Virus record (IMG/VR): IMGVR_UViG_3300020463_000019
Coordinates: 2,293 to 66,292 of that record
Length of the DNA stretch: 64,000 nucleotides
Direction: 5' to 3' (one strand)
DNA from: a virus
The notes under the pieces were generated by a model, which saw nothing but the letters and a program-made list of their open reading frames with translations, had not been told where the DNA came from and made no database searches. How positions within the stretch are numbered: position 1 is the first letter of the stretch; the number at the start of each line of letters is the position of its first letter. Below are positions 54,940 through 62,574 of the stretch, piece after piece. The translations under genes and the position numbers were made by a program.

Positions 54940-56363
54940 CTGAAGTAGATCATACCAAACACACCCGATGTCCTATACCATGGATGAGTCAAAGTTATAG
55001 AGCCAACGGAGACATTAGAGTATGTTGTCAAGCACAACATGGACCTACTGGCGGTATACTTAAATCACCAGAAGGTAAAGTATTGAATGCTCGTGACAGT
55101 GACTTAAATGAAATACGCAACGCACCACTAGAGAAAGACATCCGAAGTTCGATGATACGTGGCGAGAAACATGTAGAGTGTACACGTTGTTGGACTGAAG
55201 AAGATGCTGGTATGACTAGTAGACGTATCATAGAAAATAAACTATGGACCAAGGGCGGTTGGGATCAACTGCGTGAAGAAGACAAGTATACCTGGGACGA
55301 GTTAATGAGTTATACACAAGAAGACGGAACCATAGATACAGATGCTATTGGCAACAACTTCTTTGATGTACGCTTTGGAAACTTGTGTAATCTAAAGTGT
55401 AGAATGTGCGGTCCAACTGACAGTAGTATGTGGTATGACGAACAAGTTAAACTATGGGGCAACACATACAAAGACAGTCACGGTACTGTTACACTTGTAC
55501 CTAATGCTAAAGGCAAACATGTACCTGAAGTAAATGTTTATGACTGGCATGAAAGTAAACACTATTGGACACAAATGGAATGCATGATTCCTAATATCCG
55601 TAAGTTGTATATTGTAGGTGGTGAACCATTTATGATTGATCAACACTATGCGTTTTTGCAAAAGTGTGTAGATGGTGGCTATGCTAAAAATATCATTGTA
55701 GAGTACAACAGTAATGTAACAAACATTCCACAACGTGCTTGGGACATATGGAAACATTTTAAACGCATAGGCATTGGTGCTAGTATAGATGCAGTAGGAG
55801 ACTTAAACTATTACATACGTCCACCAAGTAGATTTGAAAAGATATGGAGCAACCTTAAAAAACTAAGTGCCGCTGAAGGTAACTTTAGAATGTGGTTGGC
55901 TACAACTATTAACATATACAACGTTTGGGTACTACCAGACATTATGAAGTTCTACATTGAGAACAACATGCCTAGAGTAAATGATGATGACTTCAAACCT
56001 ATTATGACACCACACCCATTACACGGGCCACAGTTCTTAAACATAAGAGCATTACCAAAGCCTATCAAAGATTTAATTGCTGACAAATACGAAAAGCAAT
56101 TGCCACAGGTTTATGAAGTGATTGATCAACACATTCAAGATCCTAATAGAAATCATCACAGTAAAAGACAAGCAAAACTTATATTAGAAACATACAAAGA
56201 CTTTATGTATGCCAAAGACTTTTCAGATAAACTATACAAGTTCTGGGAACACACTAACAGACTAGATAAAATACGTGGACACTACTTCAAAGATTACTGT
56301 CCAGAAATGTATGAGATGTTGTTAGAACATGCACACCCAGACTCTTGTAAGGCACCTTATTAA
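54936..56363 (+). CDS. Radical SAM enzyme with N-terminal Twitch/SPASM-like domain
   Basis: CPIPW..VCC..CTRC; CNLKCRMC; VGGEP. Confidence 0.85.
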   Translation: MTEVDHTKHTRCPIPWMSQSYRANGDIRVCCQAQHGPTGGILKSPEGKVLNARDSDLNEIRNAPLEKDIRSSMIRGEKHVECTRCWTEEDAGMTSRRIIENKLWTKGGWDQLREEDKYTWDELMSYTQEDGTIDTDAIGNNFFDVRFGNLCNLKCRMCGPTDSSMWYDEQVKLWGNTYKDSHGTVTLVPNAKGKHVPEVNVYDWHESKHYWTQMECMIPNIRKLYIVGGEPFMIDQHYAFLQKCVDGGYAKNIIVEYNSNVTNIPQRAWDIWKHFKRIGIGASIDAVGDLNYYIRPPSRFEKIWSNLKKLSAAEGNFRMWLATTINIYNVWVLPDIMKFYIENNMPRVNDDDFKPIMTPHPLHGPQFLNIRALPKPIKDLIADKYEKQLPQVYEVIDQHIQDPNRNHHSKRQAKLILETYKDFMYAKDFSDKLYKFWEHTNRLDKIRGHYFKDYCPEMYEMLLEHAHPDSCKAPY

Positions 56364-57484
56364 TGCACTATCTCAAGCCGGAAGAAATAAAATATCTACA
56401 AGTAGATCACAACAGTGGTTGTAACCTACGTTGCCCACAGTGTGCTAGAACACACAACGGTGCTACTATACCTGGCTTGAAAAATGTAGATCTAACAGTG
56501 GATCACTACAAAGACTTCATTATACACACCCCTAACTTGAATTTTATTATGTTCTGCGGTAACTATGGCGAAGTTGTTGTTAGCAAGACCTTTTTAGAAT
56601 GCCTACAATATGTAGTAGAAAATACCACTGCAAAGATAGTAATAGCCACTAACAGTAGTGCCAGAGATGAAAGTTGGTGGAAAGAGCTCGGTCTAATGCT
56701 AAAGGGTAGAGGAAAAGTTAACTTTAGTATAGACGGATTGAGCGATACAAATCACTTGTATCGTGTGAACGCAGACTTTGATAAATGTCTGCGTAACGCA
56801 CAAGCGTTTATAGATGCAGGAGGGATAGCACGTTGGGATTACTTGGTATTTGCACACAACGAACACCAAGTAGACGGTGCAGTAGAACTAGCAAAGACTA
56901 TGGGTTTCAAAGACTTTGCAGTCAAACTCACAAACCGTTTTGTCAACGACGAACAATATAGGCATAAGAAGGCAGCAAGTGAAAGTAGTAAAGTGGTAAC
57001 ACGAAAGAGTAGTTACACACTAAGCATGGCAAGTGATGCCAAGTATACTGCCAGTGGAGTAGATGATAATACCAATATCATCAACAAGTACGGCAGTTGG
57101 AACAACTATGTGAATGCTACCCCTATTAGTTGTAAGTGGCGACCCGGAGGGCAAATATTCTTAGACTTTGAAAACAGAGTATGGCCTTGTACTTGGACTG
57201 CCAGTGGATACTTGCATCACGGAGACAACACACAAAAGACACAAGCACTACAGTTGTTTGAACGCTACGGAGAAGACTTCAATTGTTTAGACAACAAAAG
57301 CCTACCTGAAGTACTTGAACATTCATACTTTGCCCGAGACTTTTGTGCTAGTTGGAGTAGCACTATGACAGATGCTGTTCCTAAGTTGTTTGCTTGTGGA
57401 AGAACCTGTGGCACAGACTACAACTTCTCTAGTGCTCATGGTGCTAACAGAAGGATACTAGAACTTGACAAACTGGCACATTAA
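56363..57484 (+). CDS. Radical SAM/SPASM-like enzyme
   Basis: CNLRCPQC, CGNYGE, FSIDGL; C-terminal C..WPC..CGRTC. Confidence 0.85.
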   Translation: MHYLKPEEIKYLQVDHNSGCNLRCPQCARTHNGATIPGLKNVDLTVDHYKDFIIHTPNLNFIMFCGNYGEVVVSKTFLECLQYVVENTTAKIVIATNSSARDESWWKELGLMLKGRGKVNFSIDGLSDTNHLYRVNADFDKCLRNAQAFIDAGGIARWDYLVFAHNEHQVDGAVELAKTMGFKDFAVKLTNRFVNDEQYRHKKAASESSKVVTRKSSYTLSMASDAKYTASGVDDNTNIINKYGSWNNYVNATPISCKWRPGGQIFLDFENRVWPCTWTASGYLHHGDNTQKTQALQLFERYGEDFNCLDNKSLPEVLEHSYFARDFCASWSSTMTDAVPKLFACGRTCGTDYNFSSAHGANRRILELDKLAH

Positions 57485-58559
57485 AGTCCTAGACCTAGAG
57501 CCTAGTACACAATGTAATGCGGCTTGCCCTATGTGTGCAAGAAGTTTTCAAGGTGTGCAGAACAAAAACGTGCCTGTTGCCAATCTTCGAGTGAGTGCAT
57601 TACAAACACTACGCCCATACTTAAACGAACTAGAACGACTGAGCATGTGTGGCAACTATGGAGACCCTATACTCAATCCACAGTTAACAGACATCATAGA
57701 CTACTGTCTCAGTATAAACTCTAGTTGCAGTACTATCATACACACCAACGGTGGTGCTAGAACAGAGAGTTGGTGGCGAGAACTAGCAGAGTATCCTTGG
57801 CTTAAAGTAAGATTTGGCATAGATGGATTAGCAGATACAAATCACTTGTATAGACGCAAAGTGCGTTGGGATATACTAGAACGCAACTATAGAGCATTCA
57901 TAGATGCTGGTGGTGTTGCTGAATGGAAGATGATAGTATTTGGTCACAATCAACATCAAGTAGAGGCATGCAGACAACGTGCAATTGATGAAGGATTCTC
58001 AAACTTCAGTTATGTTGTAACCAACAGATTTACACAAGGCAACAAGACAGTGTTTACCATGCACCCTGACGCAGACGATAGTACTCCACTAACAGCCGCA
58101 GACTTGGACTTTGATCCAAGCAAGTTCTCTGCAAGTCATGCACAAAGGGTAAAAGGTGTTTACGACACAGGTGCATACTTGGAAGAAGGCAAACAACCAC
58201 AAAGCCACAAGCCTACAGCTATACCACAGAGAAAGTTTGCTTACACAGATAGTTGGCAACCTCAACAAAACAACATAAGTTGTTATACACAACAAGAAGG
58301 AATAGTGTATGTAAGTGCGGCTGGTGACTTGTATCCTTGTTGTCATCTAGGCTATCCATATGGTGGACAAAACAAATATGATGATTTAGCATGGCTGGAT
58401 AAGAAGACTATTAACTTGTACAACAACAGTGCTGAACAAATCTTTGGTTGGTTTGATGAAGTAGAAAGACGCTGGAGTCAAAGCAACTGCTTGGGTACAT
58501 GCACTAAGGTGTGCAGTACTGAAGGCAAACCCAATCTATATGCAGTGGAAGCCTTATAA
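57465..58559 (+). CDS. Radical SAM/SPASM-like enzyme
   Basis: CNAACPMC, CGNYGDP, FGIDGL; C-terminal YPCC..CTKVC. Confidence 0.85.
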   Translation: MTNWHIKVLDLEPSTQCNAACPMCARSFQGVQNKNVPVANLRVSALQTLRPYLNELERLSMCGNYGDPILNPQLTDIIDYCLSINSSCSTIIHTNGGARTESWWRELAEYPWLKVRFGIDGLADTNHLYRRKVRWDILERNYRAFIDAGGVAEWKMIVFGHNQHQVEACRQRAIDEGFSNFSYVVTNRFTQGNKTVFTMHPDADDSTPLTAADLDFDPSKFSASHAQRVKGVYDTGAYLEEGKQPQSHKPTAIPQRKFAYTDSWQPQQNNISCYTQQEGIVYVSAAGDLYPCCHLGYPYGGQNKYDDLAWLDKKTINLYNNSAEQIFGWFDEVERRWSQSNCLGTCTKVCSTEGKPNLYAVEAL

Positions 58560-58562
58560 ATA
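58555..58562 (+). promoter_or_regulatory. T4 late promoter consensus TATAAATA
   Basis: Exact TATAAATA 5 nt before ATG 58568. Confidence 0.6.
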
Positions 58563-58567
58563 ATACT

Positions 58568-58846
58568 ATGTATGCTATTAAAGTTTATTTAAAAAAGCCC
58601 AAACATTCAGGCTTAAAAACAAAAGGTTCTCCATTTTTAGAAAATGCACTACAAAGAGACTATTATCTCATGCGTGACTTCGATGATAACATAGTACATG
58701 TGTACACTAGAAAAGAACGTGCAGAAAAAACTGTGAACCAACTACAAGAACAAAACCCACATATGATGATAGAACTCACAGAAGACATTCCTGCAGCCGC
58801 ATTGGCCAGAGCCTTAAAAAAGAAAAGTGAAACACCCAAGACATAA
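58568..58846 (+). CDS. Hypothetical basic protein
   Basis: 92 aa behind the late promoter motif. Confidence 0.55.
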   Translation: MYAIKVYLKKPKHSGLKTKGSPFLENALQRDYYLMRDFDDNIVHVYTRKERAEKTVNQLQEQNPHMMIELTEDIPAAALARALKKKSETPKT

Positions 58847-58941
58847 TAGTATGCAGTTGCAGATCCGTGAAATTGGAAATTCAAAGAGCAGAACGCGAGA
58901 GCCGAAATCAAAATAACGGTAAGCAAATTTTTTGAGGTAGT

Positions 58942-59418
58942 ATGAAAACATATCGTAAACCCATACCAGGACATGCACTAACACAGGTGTACAACAGTCG
59001 AGCCAACGGCAGTGACTATGAATGGAAAGAAGTGTACAAACGCTTTTACGCCTATGATCCCCGTGTAGTACAAGTACTAGATGTAGATGCTGACTATATT
59101 ATAATGGAAAGACTTGAAGGTTGGACCTTAGATGATACTGCTAAGTTGTGTGCTCTTGAAGCTCGTGAACGCAAACAAATACTACAAACTGTGGTCAGTT
59201 TACACAATAGTATGCTACAATGGAGTGACGGTTGTCTAGACGAGAGTACAGTGTGGATGCACAATGACATGGACTTGCAAAATTTTATGTATACTGACTC
59301 AGGTATACGACTGATAGATCCAGAAAGTTTTGATGTTAGAACTCTTGGTATACAACACAACAACAGTAGATATGGAAAGTTCTTTGAACTGTATGTAAAA
59401 TTGCTGGCTTATGTGTAA
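58942..59418 (+). CDS. Protein kinase-like/APH-fold phosphotransferase (minimal)
   Basis: GAGG RBS; 'IIMERLEG', 'HNDMDLQNF' catalytic loop, 'LIDPES'. Confidence 0.65.
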   Translation: MKTYRKPIPGHALTQVYNSRANGSDYEWKEVYKRFYAYDPRVVQVLDVDADYIIMERLEGWTLDDTAKLCALEARERKQILQTVVSLHNSMLQWSDGCLDESTVWMHNDMDLQNFMYTDSGIRLIDPESFDVRTLGIQHNNSRYGKFFELYVKLLAYV

Positions 59419-59426
59419 ATAAGTGT

Positions 59427-59522
59427 ATGTTGAAACCCCGTGATTATATAGCACTACACTTGTTGAACTGTGTAATAGCCTGTATAGCCATAGCACTAAT
59501 GTATGAGTGGTATTTTGGTTGA
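59427..59522 (+). CDS. 31-aa hydrophobic peptide (not in ORF track)
   Basis: MLKPRDYIALHLLNCVIACIAIALMYEWYFG; TAAATA at 59416-21, 5 nt before the ATG. Confidence 0.45.
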   Translation: MLKPRDYIALHLLNCVIACIAIALMYEWYFG

Positions 59523-59740
59523 GGCCGGTCGCCAAGTGTAGACGTTGTGGATGTGATTGCCACTGTAGTGAGGATGTGTGTCCAACGTGTCCTAATGATG
59601 TTTGTGGTTACTGTGACTGCGAGGATCCGAAAAGGCTGTACAGCAGATCTCAAAAAAATTGCTACGCAAATCAAAGCGCCATCCTAGAAAACGGGGTCGA
59701 GGTTATTTTCCCACCCCACCCCTGCCAATTTCAGAAATAA
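59507..59740 (+). CDS. Cys-rich metallothionein-like peptide
   Basis: CRRCGCDCHCSEDVCPTCPNDVCGYCDC (10 Cys in 28 aa); start uncertain (GTG 59507 or TTG 59519). Confidence 0.55.
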   Translation: MVFWLRPVAKCRRCGCDCHCSEDVCPTCPNDVCGYCDCEDPKRLYSRSQKNCYANQSAILENGVEVIFPPHPCQFQK

Positions 59741-59760
59741 AAAAACTTTTTTCACTTTTC

Positions 59761-59792
59761 GAGGTTGACAGTTTCTTATACTGTGCTATATT
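59761..59792 (+). promoter_or_regulatory. Sigma70-type (early) promoter, copy 1
   Basis: GAGG-TTGACA (59765-70), 16 bp, extended -10 TGcTATATT (59787-92). Confidence 0.7.
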
Positions 59793-59844
59793 AATATTAT
59801 AGTTAAACAAAAGGGGAATAGGTAATATGACATAGCAAAAGAAA

Positions 59845-60079
59845 CGGTTTGGGATACTGGTTGCCATAAGAACTACAGTATCGGGATTTACAAGAGTGGT
59901 AGCTCTCAGGGAATCAAAGACCGAAATATAGAAACTACCCAACCTAGTCATAGGGGGCACAGCTCGACTAGGTTGCATGAATTGAGAAGCCCCCTACAGT
60001 ATAGAAGATACACAATAGTTACCTGAGGCTTATACACGTGGAGCGAGTAGGGCGGACACTGTGTATCTCCTATACTGTA
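59845..60079 (+). ncRNA. Putative structured non-coding RNA(s) with pseudoknots
   Basis: Several perfect or near-perfect inverted repeats and loop-distal pairings (see findings); no credible ORF; directly downstream of a promoter. Confidence 0.55.
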
Positions 60080-60082
60080 TTA

Positions 60083-60114
60083 GAGGTTGACAAGACTTTT
60101 ATATGTGCTATAGT
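60083..60114 (+). promoter_or_regulatory. Sigma70-type (early) promoter, copy 2
   Basis: GAGG-TTGACA (60087-92), 16 bp, TGcTATAGT (60109-14), then AAGGAG RBS for 60144. Confidence 0.75.
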
Positions 60115-60143
60115 ATACATATAGTTAGAAACAAGGAGTTGTT

Positions 60144-60524
60144 ATGTTTGTAGATGTAAGTAAGCAAGAACTAGAAGATGAGTTGTTCCTAGAAGCAGTT
60201 GATCATTATAACAAAATGAAAGCTGAACTTGGTATGGTTAGCCAGTGGGACATACATGTAGGCAACGGTATGTTTGCTGCTGATGACTGCTTGTTGCAAA
60301 GTGACAAGCAATACAAAGTCACTTATACATATATTGAAAGCATGGGCGACACCATGGATGATGTGCAGTGGGCAGAGGTAAGTATGTTTGCTCCAAGTGG
60401 TAGTATAAAGGATTTATGGTTTGCCGCTGATAGTTGTATTAGGCAGAGTGGTACACACCATTCATACATAGAAGACTTTGAAATGCAGGAGGACGGAACA
60501 CTTGCTCTTGTAACAGGAAGTTAA
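60144..60524 (+). CDS. Acidic hypothetical protein (likely early gene)
   Basis: 126 aa, strong RBS, own promoter. Confidence 0.65.
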   Translation: MFVDVSKQELEDELFLEAVDHYNKMKAELGMVSQWDIHVGNGMFAADDCLLQSDKQYKVTYTYIESMGDTMDDVQWAEVSMFAPSGSIKDLWFAADSCIRQSGTHHSYIEDFEMQEDGTLALVTGS

Positions 60525-60530
60525 TAAACA

Positions 60531-60594
60531 AAAGGGTGACGACTAGCCGGGGAAAACTAAAGGCGTAAAAGTCCCAACCTAGAGTACACCCTTT
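60531..60594 (+). other. Intergenic imperfect stem-loop
   Basis: AAAGGGTG/CACCCTTT outer stem with inner CTAG/CTAG and GGGA/TCCC pairings. Confidence 0.5.
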
Positions 60595-60614
60595 CCAAGT
60601 AGAAGGAATTTGAT

Positions 60615-61172
60615 ATGCAATATTTGATTGCTGGTAATCCTGCGTATGGATTATCTGCCGCCATTGCCGATCGCATAAGCACAGACCAATGGCACAGTAG
60701 AAGTTTCAATGATGTAGATCTAACGAGCGTAGCGAGTCAAAAGCAGTTTGCAAACGATAGTCTACTAGTAGATGTAACCATAGTAGTAAGTTGCCTCTGG
60801 GGTTATGAACAGGTTAAACTAGTAGAACGAGTAGCAAAGGCCTGGGCGGAACATCAGCACGATGGATATCTCGTAGTGCTAGGAAGTAGTGCCGATACTC
60901 CAGTTAAAGGAACTGCTTGGGGATACCCTGCAGAGAAGAAGGCCTTACGAGCATACTGTAGACAACTAAGCCAAATGAGTGCAGGCGAGAATTCACATAG
61001 ATTCCGTTGTACATACCTCTCTCCGGGTAATATGCACACACCCAAACAGGATGAGAAAATGCCAGGTGTAGTTAAACTAAATACAGCGTATGTCGCAGAT
61101 GTAATAGTCTGGTTGACAAATCAGCCAAAACATGTTAATATAAGTGAACTAACCCTGGACGCTATTCCTTGA
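60615..61172 (+). CDS. Short-chain dehydrogenase/reductase (atypical)
   Basis: 'AGNPAYGLS', 'GSS', 'YPAEK' YxxxK, 'SPG'. Confidence 0.7.
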   Translation: MQYLIAGNPAYGLSAAIADRISTDQWHSRSFNDVDLTSVASQKQFANDSLLVDVTIVVSCLWGYEQVKLVERVAKAWAEHQHDGYLVVLGSSADTPVKGTAWGYPAEKKALRAYCRQLSQMSAGENSHRFRCTYLSPGNMHTPKQDEKMPGVVKLNTAYVADVIVWLTNQPKHVNISELTLDAIP

Positions 61173-62329
61173 CAACTGACAACTATCCAAGCAAGCCGTG
61201 TGCTGCTCCTCTAACCAGTGTAGCAATAAAGCCCAACGGCCGGCTTCGCCCCTGTTGTTGGTGGACAGATGATGTAGAACCCAGACTAGAAGATCGTGGT
61301 ATAAAACAGTATATCTGGCAAGACCTCGCGGCTATGTATAAGAACATGGAAAAAGGCATATGGCCAAAAGGTTGTAACAAGTGTAATACCACACAAAAGA
61401 GTCGGTACGATCACTATGAAAGACGCTATCCTAATGCCAGAAACGAACCTCAACGACTAAGAACAATGGACCTCCGCTTTGGTACACTGTGTAATGCCAG
61501 TTGTATTACATGTAGTAGTACTAATTCAAACTATTTCTACAAAGTAAAACGGCAGGGTCTTTATCTAACACCCGAACATCAACCATTTGACAGCCAGGCC
61601 AAGATCGATGCATATGAAGCAGAACAAGATTGGTGGAAAAAAGAACGTAATATCAATGACTTATTAGAGAACCTTGACACAGTGGATCACCTCTATATAA
61701 CTGGTGGTGAACCTACTATCAATCCTATGTTTCATAGTATACTAGAACACTTACATAAACAAGGTCGAACCAAGAGTGTAAGCATAGAAATAAACACCAA
61801 TGGCACCAACCTCAACCGTCACTTTAAACAATTGGTACAACCATTTAAAAAATTAGTTCTTTTTAGCATAGATGGCCATGGAGTGTTAAACAATGCAATG
61901 CGATATCCCACCAAGTTCTCCGCAGTAGAAAAGAACATACTAGCATACAGTGATATAGATAGTGGCCTAGGTGACGAAGTAATAGTAACGCCCACTGTAT
62001 GTGTGTTTAATTTCTTTGAATTAGTCAAGTTATTCGACTGGTGTGCGTTCAACAACATAGAAGTAACCCATCAATTGAACGTTCTTAATAGGCCAAGATG
62101 GCAAAGTTTGAGTCAATTACCTGACAATCTACTACAGCAAGGATTAACACAGTTGCGAACCGCCGGCTATGATCACCATGCAAACACTATACAGAGTCGT
62201 ATACAGGGTGTGAGTTATGAAAAAGATCTTTTATTAACATGGGAGGATACTAAAAAGCGTACACTACAGTGGTTTAACAGTAGACAGTTTAATCCAAGTA
62301 TTACAGGAATACCAGATATCAATGCGTAA
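61169..62329 (+). CDS. Radical SAM enzyme with N-terminal Twitch/SPASM-like domain
   Basis: CAAP..PCC..CNKC; CNASCITC; TGGEPT. Confidence 0.85.
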   Translation: MTTDNYPSKPCAAPLTSVAIKPNGRLRPCCWWTDDVEPRLEDRGIKQYIWQDLAAMYKNMEKGIWPKGCNKCNTTQKSRYDHYERRYPNARNEPQRLRTMDLRFGTLCNASCITCSSTNSNYFYKVKRQGLYLTPEHQPFDSQAKIDAYEAEQDWWKKERNINDLLENLDTVDHLYITGGEPTINPMFHSILEHLHKQGRTKSVSIEINTNGTNLNRHFKQLVQPFKKLVLFSIDGHGVLNNAMRYPTKFSAVEKNILAYSDIDSGLGDEVIVTPTVCVFNFFELVKLFDWCAFNNIEVTHQLNVLNRPRWQSLSQLPDNLLQQGLTQLRTAGYDHHANTIQSRIQGVSYEKDLLLTWEDTKKRTLQWFNSRQFNPSITGIPDINA

Positions 62330-62574
62330 AACACCCATCAAATGTGAAATAAACGTGCCAACCGTGTTGTATGAAGCTACAAAGCGTGTTAACGGTGCAT
62401 ATAGAGCGGTTATCAACTGTTTCCAAAGGCTTTCAACCCCGTCGTCCTCATCAGAGAACCATGGTTTTAGAAAAATTTTCACACCTTTGTCACTTAGTGT
62501 TTTAATTCATATTATACTGTATACACTGTTGTTTTATGCTTATTAATGGATATTAAAGGAATCTTTATTGTAGT

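Noticed and set aside
28525-58559. Bacterial capsule/O-antigen locus
   Set aside because: No flippase, polymerase or ABC exporter; it is continuous and co-oriented with virion genes and contains phage late promoter motifs.
59827-59931. TAG read-through or alternative genetic code, suggested by ATG-ACA-TAG after an RBS
   Set aside because: Long genes are intact under the standard code, TAG serves as a real stop (32499, 37560), and the read-through product is short and featureless.
59845-60079. Hammerhead ribozyme or c-di-GMP riboswitch identity for the structured RNA
   Set aside because: The conserved cores (CUGAnGA..GAAA; GEMM motif) were not found in the right context.
977-62482. Minus-strand and nested short ORFs in the track (e.g. 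24049..24789, 2174..2569, 49114..49557)
   Set aside because: They are shadows of long + strand genes with no recognisable motifs.
62322-62546. 74-aa ORF between radical SAM genes
   Set aside because: No RBS or motif and atypical composition; it may be real but is unsupported.
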